DNA of 42,027 nt from Candidatus Woesearchaeota archaeon. Lineage in GTDB: Archaea; Nanobdellota; Nanobdellia; SCGC-AAA011-G17; ARS1403. Under the pieces are notes generated by a model. The model was not told the DNA's origin and did not search any database. It saw only the letters and a program-made list of their open reading frames with translations. Of this stretch, positions 33,789-42,012 are shown piece by piece. Positions within the stretch are counted from its first letter, which is position 1; each line of letters opens with the position of its first letter. The DNA is taken from contig CAYIWL010000002.1 in assembly GCA_964367085.1 (NCBI GenBank), forward strand, positions 1 through 42,027, read 5' to 3'. Made by a program: the position numbers and the translations under genes.

Positions 33789-34418
33789 TTATTTCACCAA
33801 CCTAAAAAGTTCTTTGTAAAACTGATCAATATTATTGCCGTATTCTGCTGAAACCCCAACAACCCTGTATTGCGGAAATGCTGCTTCTATCTTTTTTATA
33901 TTTGCTTTTTTCAAGTCAACTTTGTTTCCTAAGATTAAAACAGGGATATTGCGTGCTGCTAAATTTCCTATGATTGTAATGTTAACTTGATCATAAGGGT
34001 TTCTTGTAGAATCTAAAACTACTAGGACTGCATCCATATTATCTAGCCATTTAATCGCTTCTATTACCCCTTTTGTTGCTTCTTTTGCCCTTGTCTGCGC
34101 TTCTCTTTTCTCCATTCCCCTTTTGATGAATTCTTCATAATCAATTCTTGTTGCTATCCCTGGAGTGTCGATTAGATTAAAAGAAAGTTTTTTTCCGTTT
34201 GACTGGACAGTAACCTTTTCTTTCTGTTGTATCTCTCTAGTTTCATGGGGTATTGGCGAAACTTTTCCCATCTCTTCTCCTATCCAGTCCTTGCAAATCC
34301 TGTTTGCCAGCGAGGTTTTTCCTGCATTTGGCGGTCCGTAAATTCCAAGCCTTATATGCTTTTTATTTTTGAATATTAGAAGTATACCCGAAAGAAAATT
34401 TTTGAATTTTTTAATCAT
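33789..34418 (-). CDS. small GTP-binding protein
   Basis: G1 GPPNAGKTS, G3 DTPG, G4 GNKVD, G5 VSA. Confidence 0.85.
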   Translation of the reverse strand: MIKKFKNFLSGILLIFKNKKHIRLGIYGPPNAGKTSLANRICKDWIGEEMGKVSPIPHETREIQQKEKVTVQSNGKKLSFNLIDTPGIATRIDYEEFIKRGMEKREAQTRAKEATKGVIEAIKWLDNMDAVLVVLDSTRNPYDQVNITIIGNLAARNIPVLILGNKVDLKKANIKKIEAAFPQYRVVGVSAEYGNNIDQFYKELFRLVK

Positions 34419-34454
34419 TATTGCTTGAATTTATTCGAATGTTAATAAATATTT

Positions 34455-34670
34455 CTATTTCGTATCAATTATTTTTTTCTTGGACTTAAAACCTGACTTG
34501 ATATAGGCTTGTTTTCCAAAGTGTTTAGAAAGCAATTTGATAACTGCCAGATTAGCTTTATTATTTTCTGCCTTTTCTTTGACCTCAACTTTTAAAGTTC
34601 CATCATCTAATTGCTCTATTTTCTCTTTCTTGGCCTTGGTTTTCACCATGACCGTTATTGGAAATTCCAT
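34455..34670 (-). CDS. DUF167 (YggU-like) protein
   Basis: ITVMVKTKAKKEKIE..LKVEVKEKAENNKANLAVIKLLSKHFG...IKSGFKSKKKII follows the DUF167 pattern (..GKAN..l...L). Confidence 0.65.
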   Translation of the reverse strand: MEFPITVMVKTKAKKEKIEQLDDGTLKVEVKEKAENNKANLAVIKLLSKHFGKQAYIKSGFKSKKKIIDTK

Positions 34671-34938
34671 ATTGTATTGCCCTGCTTTGCTCGATTATTA
34701 ATGTGTAAATGCTTCCGATGTAACCTTCTGGATTAGGGTTTGTTCCTCCTAAATCAGAATAAAGATGTGAGAGTGCTTTTATAATCTCTTGTTCTTTTAA
34801 CGGCTGGTGTACTTCTAATCCCTTCCTTGTCTTTACCTCTCCGATTGTTTGAGAGACTTTTTCCCTTTCGACTAAAGCTCTTATTACGGTATAATCTATT
34901 CCTCTCAAAATATTTCGCCACGGTTTTAGATCTTCCAT
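34603..34938 (-). CDS. chorismate mutase (AroQ type II)-like protein
   Basis: LKPWRNILRGIDYTVIRALVEREKVSQTIGEVKTRKG..VHQPLKEQEII..LIIEQSRAIQ fits the AroQ helical pattern. The last ~24 codons overlap the DUF167 gene. Confidence 0.55.
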   Translation of the reverse strand: MEDLKPWRNILRGIDYTVIRALVEREKVSQTIGEVKTRKGLEVHQPLKEQEIIKALSHLYSDLGGTNPNPEGYIGSIYTLIIEQSRAIQYGISNNGHGENQGQERENRAIR

Positions 34939-35642
34939 TTTTCCAAAACTTCCTCTTCAATGAAATGGAGTTTTTTAGCAGGAATAATTAAACAATAGGG
35001 CGGTTCTCCGAAGTCTATCTCTTTAATATCTTTCATTTCACCGTATTTTACAATAAAATCTTCTGCACCAAGCCTGGCACATCCTATTGCTTTTCCCTTA
35101 ACACCCTTTTCTTCCAAATAAGTTAAAGCAGCTTTAATACTTAAATATTTGTCTTCTCCAGGATTTAGATCAAGCAAAAATAAAGTATGAGCATTTATCT
35201 TTAAGTTATCTTCTAAGATTTTAATTGGAGTTTCAATGTTTTTATTTTCAAATGGGATGCTTGCAGTTTTTCCGAAATTATACAACGATAGCCCTGTTAT
35301 CCCGACAGCAGTTAAGACAGATGCATTGTTGAAAATTTTAATTTCAATGTTTTTATTCTTGCAGTCATTGAACAAGCTAAGATGGGTTGTGGCTGAAAAT
35401 ACGTCTCCGACGATTAGGAAAGCAATGTTTTCTTTTTTAGCTTCGGAAACATCAAAATTCTCTACAAAGTCTCTGCCAACGTTTATTATCTTCTTATTGA
35501 TTAATTTTTCCAGAAGTTTTAAGCTGCCGTTCAGTATTGAAGTGTAATTTTCCAAGTAGACTTTTTTGCATTTTTTTAAAGCATCTACTGACTCTAAGCT
35601 GAAGCTTTTCTCGTTTAATCCTAGACCAATTAGATGTAGCAT
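34926..35642 (-). CDS. dphB: diphthine synthase
   Basis: MLHLIGLGLNEKSFSLES..KVYLENYTS, FLIVGDVFSATTH, HTLFLLDL, FGEPPYCLIIPAKKLHFIEEE: the archaeal/eukaryotic Dph5 pattern. Confidence 0.9.
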   Translation of the reverse strand: MLHLIGLGLNEKSFSLESVDALKKCKKVYLENYTSILNGSLKLLEKLINKKIINVGRDFVENFDVSEAKKENIAFLIVGDVFSATTHLSLFNDCKNKNIEIKIFNNASVLTAVGITGLSLYNFGKTASIPFENKNIETPIKILEDNLKINAHTLFLLDLNPGEDKYLSIKAALTYLEEKGVKGKAIGCARLGAEDFIVKYGEMKDIKEIDFGEPPYCLIIPAKKLHFIEEEVLEKWKI

Positions 35643-35651
35643 TTCAAAAAA

Positions 35652-35999
35652 TTATTTTGGCAGAACATTTACATCAACACAATCTTTGTCTTTTGCACCC
35701 TCATTGTCTGTCACTTCAAGGCATGCTGAAAAATAACCTACTGCGTGATATATGTGCATTACTTTTTCCCCTGTCGCTGTACTGCCATCATCAAAGTCCC
35801 ATCTGTAGCTTATTATCTCTCCATCATGATCATAACTTCTACTTCCATCAAAAGTAATTCCGTTTCCCGAATATATTGAATCTTCTGTTGATGCTATTAC
35901 TAATGCTCGCGGTTCATAATTTTCTGAAGGTCCATTAATACAGCTTCCAATGATTATCGGAGTTAGAACAATTGCTGTTAAACTTTTTAAGCTTTTCAT
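35652..35999 (-). CDS. small PKD-domain lipoprotein
   Basis: Signal peptide with lipobox IIIGSC. PKD motif ITFDGSRSYDHDGEIISYRWDFDDGSTATGEKVMHIY..GYFSACLEVTDNEG. Confidence 0.8.
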   Translation of the reverse strand: MKSLKSLTAIVLTPIIIGSCINGPSENYEPRALVIASTEDSIYSGNGITFDGSRSYDHDGEIISYRWDFDDGSTATGEKVMHIYHAVGYFSACLEVTDNEGAKDKDCVDVNVLPK

Positions 36000-36052
36000 C
36001 TTTACTGTTATTACAATAAGGTTTTTAAATATTTCTAGATTTTATATTTGAG

Positions 36053-36754
36053 ATGCTTGAAAATATTATTCAATCTTCTGTAAATAGAAGGGGTTTCCTG
36101 AAAATAGCATTTGCTTCCTCTGTTTTTGGATGTGGCAAAAATAAGATTGTGATCGAAGAACCAGAAAATGGGACTGACATCGAAAATAAAGTTTTCAGTA
36201 TTTTTGATTATTATCCCTTGGAGCAGGGTAATGAATGGATTTTCCAGAGAGGTAAGAGGGTAAGAGTTTCGTCTGTTAGTTGGGAGGGTGATAGGAAAAT
36301 TATCGAGATGATAGGGTTTTTAGGTGGTGAAGTTTCAGGATATACTTACTATGTTGAGGATGATTCGCTTTTATTGTATTCTACTAATGGCGGTGGAACG
36401 TCCTATGAACCTCCGATTAAAATGGGAACTTCTACCCTTCAGATAGGAGATAGTTTTACTACTGATTTTGATTATTATATGATGTTCAGTGATTGGATAA
36501 AAGTTGGAGGGGGAGAAAGCAAAATTACTGTCCTTCAACCTGAGAAGATAGAATCTGCGGCTGGCAAATTCAAGAATTGTTTGAAGATTGAACAGGTTTA
36601 TTTTAATGAGCTTTTCGGTGAGTTGATTAATGAGGCTGAGCCTGTTGTCCGCACTTATTGGTTTGCTAAAAATATTGGGATCGTAAAACTTGCTTCTTTT
36701 CTGCCAATAAGTGGACATTACAATGAATTTTATTTGGAGCAATACAAAGTATGA
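36053..36754 (+). CDS. Tat-signal plus lipobox surface protein, paralogue 1
   Basis: SVNRRGFLKIAFASSVFGC (RRxFLK then lipobox Cys). Shared domain motifs FSIFDYYPLEQGNEWIF, AGKFKNCLKIE, YWFAKNIGIVK. Confidence 0.7.
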   Translation: MLENIIQSSVNRRGFLKIAFASSVFGCGKNKIVIEEPENGTDIENKVFSIFDYYPLEQGNEWIFQRGKRVRVSSVSWEGDRKIIEMIGFLGGEVSGYTYYVEDDSLLLYSTNGGGTSYEPPIKMGTSTLQIGDSFTTDFDYYMMFSDWIKVGGGESKITVLQPEKIESAAGKFKNCLKIEQVYFNELFGELINEAEPVVRTYWFAKNIGIVKLASFLPISGHYNEFYLEQYKV

Positions 36755-37518
36755 AACTTGAAAACCTATTGGATAAAGAAATCAGTAGGAGAATGTTTTT
36801 GGCTGGCTTAGCTATGGAACTTTTCATTGGCTGTAGTGAAAATAAAATTACAAACCCTCGCAATCGTTATGATCCCGATCAAAATGATCAAAATACTAAA
36901 GAGCGTGATGATAAGTTTAATATTTTTGATTATTTCCCTCTTGAAACAGGCAATGAATGGATTTATGCGATAAAGGGAATTCCTAGCGAGAATAATGATA
37001 TTGATAGGGTGTTGTCTGTGAGAGATGATGTTGATAAAAAAGTTGTTGTCATAGGGAGTGGAAATGTGTCCTTGGGATCTTCTGCTAAGATGGAATACCA
37101 TCATATTTATTACATCCAAAATGGATCACTTCTTTCCTATGGAAGTGACTATGGAGATGACCATTTATACGTTGAGCCCCCTATTGTGGAAGGAAATTTA
37201 AGTATGAGTGTCGGAAGCAGGTTTGTTACTAATTTTAATTTCTATAATAAGATTAACTCCGACGAATGGAAGCATATGGGAAAGGGAGTAAGCACATTTA
37301 CTTTATTGTCATTAGAAGATATAGAAGTTCCTGTAGGAAGATTTGAAAACTGCTTGAGGATTGAAGGCAGAAAGAATTACAAATTCTTTGATGAATCAAT
37401 TGATAGGACCCCTATTGTTAAAACACATTGGTTTGCCAAGGGAATCGGGAAAGTAAAAACCTCTCTGGAGATATTGCAAGACTATTATGAATTCGAGTTA
37501 ATTGATTATAGCGTATGA
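36751..37518 (+). CDS. Tat-signal plus lipobox surface protein, paralogue 2
   Basis: EISRRMFLAGLAMELFIGC. FNIFDYFPLETGNEWIY, VGRFENCLRIE, HWFAKGIGKVK. ATGA overlap with paralogue 1. Confidence 0.7.
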   Translation: MKLENLLDKEISRRMFLAGLAMELFIGCSENKITNPRNRYDPDQNDQNTKERDDKFNIFDYFPLETGNEWIYAIKGIPSENNDIDRVLSVRDDVDKKVVVIGSGNVSLGSSAKMEYHHIYYIQNGSLLSYGSDYGDDHLYVEPPIVEGNLSMSVGSRFVTNFNFYNKINSDEWKHMGKGVSTFTLLSLEDIEVPVGRFENCLRIEGRKNYKFFDESIDRTPIVKTHWFAKGIGKVKTSLEILQDYYEFELIDYSV

Positions 37519-39074
37519 AACTAGAAGATATTTTGCACAATGAGATTAATCGAAGAGACTTTTTGATTAGATTAGCTGCTGCTTCTGCATTAGGGTGTAG
37601 TAGTGATAGTGATAATGGTTTTGGATATTATAAAAATGAGCCAAAAGAAAGATCTCCGACTCCTGGAGGGGGAGGCAGTTCTGGAAATAAAGATCCTGCA
37701 GGGGATTATACAAGAATAAAGGACTCTGGATATGTTGCACAGAGTAGCGTTGTGGAAAGAGGATATAATGGTATTGAATTCAGCAACAATTATGGCACGG
37801 AGGCAATTTATCCTGTTGAAGAAGACAGCGACGGAAATAGAACTTTTATTGGAGAAAATATTATTCTTGGTCTTTATGAGAATAGTACGGATATGATTGT
37901 ATCTGCTTATGATATGGAAAATAGATACTTACCCAATGTTGAATTTATATCTAAGAATGCATCTGGCAAGATTCTTGGAAGAAGAGAAATTGAATTGTAT
38001 CTGAAGGATAAATTAAACAAGGCGATAGAATTTGGAAGAAATGCTTTCATGAAAAATATAGAAAGCGCATTGCCTAATTACGACCCTGAGCATATTATTT
38101 CACTTCCTGGAGTTGTTTATCAGGGAGATTGGTCGTTCAACCAAGTTAAAAACTTAAATACTTTGATAAATGAAAGTAGTACTGTACTCACTTTTATCCC
38201 TGGGCCACATGTTCCTATAACAACTAAAATAAGTATTGCTACAGAAATCTCCGGTGGATGGCTGGATTCTATTGATGAAATAATAGATATGGTAAATGAA
38301 TCTACCTCACTTAATATAGACAAGGACTATAAGTTCAGTTGGTATATTGTTGGCGGAATCCATTTGATAGTTCCAAGCGAGCTAATTGACAGTATCAAAA
38401 GAAGAAATCCAAGATTTGGGGTCCTTGATTTTGTTCCTTTAGAAAGCGGGAATCAATGGAGTTATAACTCCAGCGAATTTGGAATTGCCAGGAGTACGAT
38501 AGAAACTAAGACAATTAATGACAAAAAAATTATCTCTGTTAGAAGCAGTACAGGGACGGCCAGTTACTATGGATATCGGAACGGCGAATTGAAACTTATG
38601 GGAGCTGATCACCCAAATAGCGGAGAGTTTTATTTTGAGCCAGGGGTAGTTATTGGGGACGACAGCATGAGATTAGGAGATGTTTTTGAAACAAATAGCA
38701 AGGTTATTTACAGAAATTACCCTGGTGTTGATGTTAACATTGTTGGAACCAATCAACTGGAAAAATTCGAGCATGTTTCTGTTCCTGCTGGTGAGTTTGG
38801 CGATTGCTTAAAAGTAAGAGAGATCTTGAACTTTAATGGTAGGAATAGGGAAACAGGAGAAGACATTTCGTTCATGGATACGGCATACTCATGGTCTGCA
38901 AAAAATGTTGGGACGGTAAAATCTAGGATAGAAGGTACTGGGATTTTAAGCAGACAAACCAGCGAGCTGCAGAGTGCTGAAATAAATGGTACGAGATTGC
39001 CAAAGATAATTGGCGGGGAGATTGTTCCGATCCTTATTGAAGCGTCCTCTGAACTATGCAGAAGACTCAGATGA
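37515..39074 (+). CDS. Tat-signal plus lipobox surface protein, paralogue 3 with an extra ~300-aa N-terminal region
   Basis: EINRRDFLIRLAAASALGC followed by a Gly/Ser linker. The C-terminal third carries FGVLDFVPLESGNQWSY, AGEFGDCLKVRE, YSWSAKNVGTVK. ATGA overlap with paralogue 2. Confidence 0.7.
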   Translation: MKLEDILHNEINRRDFLIRLAAASALGCSSDSDNGFGYYKNEPKERSPTPGGGGSSGNKDPAGDYTRIKDSGYVAQSSVVERGYNGIEFSNNYGTEAIYPVEEDSDGNRTFIGENIILGLYENSTDMIVSAYDMENRYLPNVEFISKNASGKILGRREIELYLKDKLNKAIEFGRNAFMKNIESALPNYDPEHIISLPGVVYQGDWSFNQVKNLNTLINESSTVLTFIPGPHVPITTKISIATEISGGWLDSIDEIIDMVNESTSLNIDKDYKFSWYIVGGIHLIVPSELIDSIKRRNPRFGVLDFVPLESGNQWSYNSSEFGIARSTIETKTINDKKIISVRSSTGTASYYGYRNGELKLMGADHPNSGEFYFEPGVVIGDDSMRLGDVFETNSKVIYRNYPGVDVNIVGTNQLEKFEHVSVPAGEFGDCLKVREILNFNGRNRETGEDISFMDTAYSWSAKNVGTVKSRIEGTGILSRQTSELQSAEINGTRLPKIIGGEIVPILIEASSELCRRLR

Positions 39075-39128
39075 AATATATTTTACCTTTCATAAAAACT
39101 TATAAGTTAAAACTCTTATAAAATAACT

Positions 39129-40241
39129 ATGCTAAAAAAACTTAGAGGACTAGCAGGAGCTTTGGCGGCTGTTTACAGTTTTACTGTTTCTAGTAGTAGT
39201 GCGCTTGATGATGCAGTTGTAATAGAGTTTGAAAATAAAAGTGTTATGAGCGACAATGTCGAGAATTTAAGATCTGGACTTCCTGACATGCTGAAAAACA
39301 AACTAGAAGGATTTTTTGAATTTATTGAAATAAGAAATCTGGAGGATTATAATTCTGACAGCCTCGGTGAGAAGTTTCCTGGATTGGATTTTCTTATCAA
39401 TGGCAGTTATAGCATCATTAATAGCAAGAATATTTCCATTAATAGTAAGATTATAAATTTGAAAACAGGAAAGACAGATACTCAATTGGCTGAAGGCTCA
39501 GTCGATGACTTGTTTATGCTTGTTGATAAGATTGTTAATGAGATGAAAACCGACTTGGGATATGAAAACAAAACAGGAAATGAATCTAGTGATATGGACG
39601 ATAGTTCAACGAGATATACCGATACTGGAAATAAGATGCCGCCTACTGAGCCGGATGCAGAAAATTACCGCAGCGGTTTCTCAGCTAGGAGGGATAGCTG
39701 GTCATTCGGCCCGATATTTGAGTTGAGTATTCCGGCAGGTAATGAAAGATTTAAGAACTATTATAATAATTCTTTTTCTTATGGATTTACATGGAAAAAA
39801 TCTCCTTTAGTAAATCTTGGCATTGCAGGACCAATCATACAATACAGGAGTTTCCCATTAGACCTTAACAAAGTTGCAGGCGAGATGGATGATGACTTTG
39901 ATGTTCTAGAAGGAGGCAATCTTTCCTTTTTTAATATCCGCGCAGGACTGAATTACTATGGCAATTTAGACAAGAATGTTGTGCCGGTTCTGACTGCTAA
40001 TGCTGGATATTATTGGGCCAAGTCTGATGAGTTATCTATTACTATTAACGGAGGGAAAATAGCATTGGCTAATGCAGACACAGATAAAAATTTTGGAATA
40101 CTTATAGGGGCAGGATTGGAGTTCCTAACAAGCAAAAATTTTTCATTGGAGTTAATTGGTTCTTATGAGCACGTGTTCATTGGGGATGGTTTTGACTTTG
40201 TTTCAGTAGGCGTTGGTACTAACTATTGGGGGGGAAGATAA
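39129..40241 (+). CDS. secreted protein: TolB-N/CsgG/LpoB-like N-terminal domain plus OMP-like beta-barrel C-terminal domain
   Basis: Sec signal ..FTVSSSSA/LDD. N-domain VVIEFENKSV..LPDMLKNKLE..FLINGSYSII..INLKTGK. The C-terminal ~190 aa shows alternating hydrophobic strands (NFGILIGAGLEFLTSKNFSLELIGSYEHVF..FDFVSVGVGTNYW), as in 8-10-strand OMP barrels. Confidence 0.5.
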   Translation: MLKKLRGLAGALAAVYSFTVSSSSALDDAVVIEFENKSVMSDNVENLRSGLPDMLKNKLEGFFEFIEIRNLEDYNSDSLGEKFPGLDFLINGSYSIINSKNISINSKIINLKTGKTDTQLAEGSVDDLFMLVDKIVNEMKTDLGYENKTGNESSDMDDSSTRYTDTGNKMPPTEPDAENYRSGFSARRDSWSFGPIFELSIPAGNERFKNYYNNSFSYGFTWKKSPLVNLGIAGPIIQYRSFPLDLNKVAGEMDDDFDVLEGGNLSFFNIRAGLNYYGNLDKNVVPVLTANAGYYWAKSDELSITINGGKIALANADTDKNFGILIGAGLEFLTSKNFSLELIGSYEHVFIGDGFDFVSVGVGTNYWGGR

Positions 40242-40558
40242 ATTTTCAACCCCTCAATCTGTCTAATCTTAGTCTCCTTAAAGAGATAAACTCTAAACTT
40301 ATCATCCACTTTTATTTTATTCATTGTTAAAATTTTTTTAATTCTGTGATAAAGCTGTTTTCCTTTTTTATCTAAGTCTGTCAGAATAACTGCTTCTTCG
40401 CAATTTTCAGGAAGCTTCTCAATTATGTTGTACAATCCTGCATTGCTCCCATTTAACGTAATGATATTTTTGCATCCCAAATTTTCCAATGCAATTTTGT
40501 CTTTTTTCCCCTCAACTATAATTGGTTTATCCTGAATTTTTTCAAGATGAGAATGCAT
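40223..40558 (-). CDS. small Toprim-domain protein (RNase M5/primase-like)
   Basis: PIIVEGKKDKIALENLG and AVILTDLDKKGKQLY: Toprim E and DxD motifs. Confidence 0.7.
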   Translation of the reverse strand: MHSHLEKIQDKPIIVEGKKDKIALENLGCKNIITLNGSNAGLYNIIEKLPENCEEAVILTDLDKKGKQLYHRIKKILTMNKIKVDDKFRVYLFKETKIRQIEGLKIYLPPQ

Positions 40559-40593
40559 AAAGTAACTATGTTTTGGGCATATAAAAGTTTATC

Positions 40594-40609
40594 GCAACAT
40601 TGAAATGCA
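40594..40609. repeat. left copy of the 16-bp direct repeat (target-site duplication) flanking the IS
   Basis: GCAACATTGAAATGCA abuts IRL. An identical copy at 41553-41568 abuts IRR. Confidence 0.8.
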
Positions 40610-41552
40610 TGTGTTATCCCGAAATTATTTCATAAGGCTGATTTAATCAGCTTTATGAAACTAAATAAATCTAAACTTCTTGAGACCTTAAAAAGGCTAA
40701 ATAATGGTGCTACTGCCTACCAAGCTAGGAAAGTAGCAAATATATCTGTAAGGAGAATTTATCAGATAAAGCAGATATATGAAGAAACTGGGGAGATTCC
40801 TGAAATAGGAAAGAGAGCAGGGCGTCCATGTAAAATGATTCAGCAATGGGAAATTGTTATTGTGAAAGAAGCTTATGAGAAATACAGAGTGTCAGCTGAC
40901 ACTCTGGAGAGAGTAATTAAGAGAGACTATGAAAAGCAAATTGCTCATAACAGGATTCATAAAATCCTGATTGAGCTTGGGTTTGCAAAACCCAAAGAGA
41001 AGAAAGATGTCAGGAAAAAGAAATGGATAAGGTATGAGAGAAAGCACAGCTTAACCGCAGTTCATATCGACTGGCATTATTATCAGAGCAAGTGGATTTT
41101 TGGTGTTGAAGATGATGCAAGCAGGAAACTGCTTGCATTGCTCGAATGCAAAAATGAGACTACAGACGAATCAATAAGAGGAATGAAGCTTGCCTTAAGG
41201 CATGGAAAAATAAAGCAGTGCATCTGCGATCATGGCCCTCAATTCATCAGCAATCTTGGAGGATATTCAAGATTTGCTGCATTCCTTCATGAAGAAGGGA
41301 TCAAGCAGATACTATACAGAGTCAAGCATCCGCAAAGCAACGGGAAGATAGAGAAGTGGTTTGACTGCTATGACAGGCATAGGAAAGCATTTAACAGCAT
41401 AGAAGAATTTTTGCATTGGTACAATGATATTAAGCCTCATAGAAGCTTAAATTTTGATGTGCTTGAGACCCCGTCTCAAGCCTTTATCAGGAAATTGAAA
41501 AAATGAAGATGGGAAAAAATCTATCGTTGGGAAATAATTTCAGGATACTACA
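40610..41552 (+). mobile_element. intact IS481-family-like insertion sequence (943 bp)
   Basis: Terminal inverted repeats TGTGTTATCCCGAAATTATTTC (40610-40631) and GAAATAATTTCAGGATACTACA (41531-41552), matching at 19/22 positions and with TGT ends. A single DDE ORF. Flanked by a perfect 16-bp direct repeat. Confidence 0.8.
40655..41506 (+). CDS. DDE transposase (rve/integrase core) with N-terminal HTH
   Basis: HIDWHY..GVEDDASRKLLA (D), CDHGPQF (D), HPQSNGKIEKWF (E), YNDIKPHRSL. The 15-nt palindrome GCTGATTTAATCAGC (40637-40651) lies just upstream of the ATG. Confidence 0.85.
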   Translation: MKLNKSKLLETLKRLNNGATAYQARKVANISVRRIYQIKQIYEETGEIPEIGKRAGRPCKMIQQWEIVIVKEAYEKYRVSADTLERVIKRDYEKQIAHNRIHKILIELGFAKPKEKKDVRKKKWIRYERKHSLTAVHIDWHYYQSKWIFGVEDDASRKLLALLECKNETTDESIRGMKLALRHGKIKQCICDHGPQFISNLGGYSRFAAFLHEEGIKQILYRVKHPQSNGKIEKWFDCYDRHRKAFNSIEEFLHWYNDIKPHRSLNFDVLETPSQAFIRKLKK

Positions 41553-41568
41553 GCAACATTGAAATGCA
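41553..41568. repeat. right copy of the 16-bp direct repeat flanking the IS
   Basis: GCAACATTGAAATGCA, identical to 40594-40609. Confidence 0.8.
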
Positions 41569-41604
41569 AGCAGATTTATAAATTACAAAATTTAATAAGA
41601 GGAT

Positions 41605-41988
41605 ATGCCTTCAAATAACGTGAAAGAATACTCTCCCATTTTGATTAGAATTTCAATTAGTCTGTTGTTTTTGTGGTTTGGTGCAACTCAAATTTTTAAT
41701 CCTGAATACCTTGCAGGCTATCTTCCAGATTTTATCCTTGCTTCTGATTACGCAAATAACTTTTTATTGTTGAATGGGGTTTTTGAAGTTGTTTTTGGAC
41801 TGCTGCTCTTAATTGGTTTGTTTACCAAAATTGCTTCATTGATATTGGCATTGCATTTGCTTGGAATAAGTTTCTCTTTGGGTTACAATGATATTGCTGT
41901 CAGAGATTTTATACTAAGTCTTGTTGCTTTTTCAATATTCTTGAATGGAAAAGATAAATTGTGTTTGGATAAGATTCTGTTACGTTAA
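41605..41988 (+). CDS. DoxX-like small membrane protein
   Basis: 127 aa with four hydrophobic segments. LIRISISLLFLWFGATQIF and VFEVVFGLLLLIGLFTKIASL resemble the DoxX family. Confidence 0.45.
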   Translation: MPSNNVKEYSPILIRISISLLFLWFGATQIFNPEYLAGYLPDFILASDYANNFLLLNGVFEVVFGLLLLIGLFTKIASLILALHLLGISFSLGYNDIAVRDFILSLVAFSIFLNGKDKLCLDKILLR

Positions 41989-42012
41989 CTAATGATGGAA
42001 ATCATTAGTTAA
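41985..42012 (+). terminator. perfect 12-bp stem / 4-nt loop hairpin spanning the stop codon, followed by a T-rich tract
   Basis: TTAACTAATGAT-GGAA-ATCATTAGTTAA, then gaaatttt. Whether this archaeon uses hairpins for termination is unknown. Confidence 0.3.

Noticed and set aside
29312-33819. ORFs antisense to XPD, the AAA+ ATPase, the membrane protein and the Zn-ribbon/DUF2073 genes (e.g. 29312-29584, 29594-29791, 30067-30345, 30352-30636, 30755-30991, 31143-31337, 31205-31498, 31930-32262, 32475-32723, 33088-33354, 33559-33819).
   Set aside because: Same reasoning: each is contained within a better-supported gene on the other strand and none has a recognisable motif.
34754-34960. 68-aa minus-strand ORF overlapping the chorismate-mutase-like gene in another frame.
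   Set aside because: It gives a highly basic low-complexity product. The alternative frame has the AroQ-like pattern and proper coupling to dphB.
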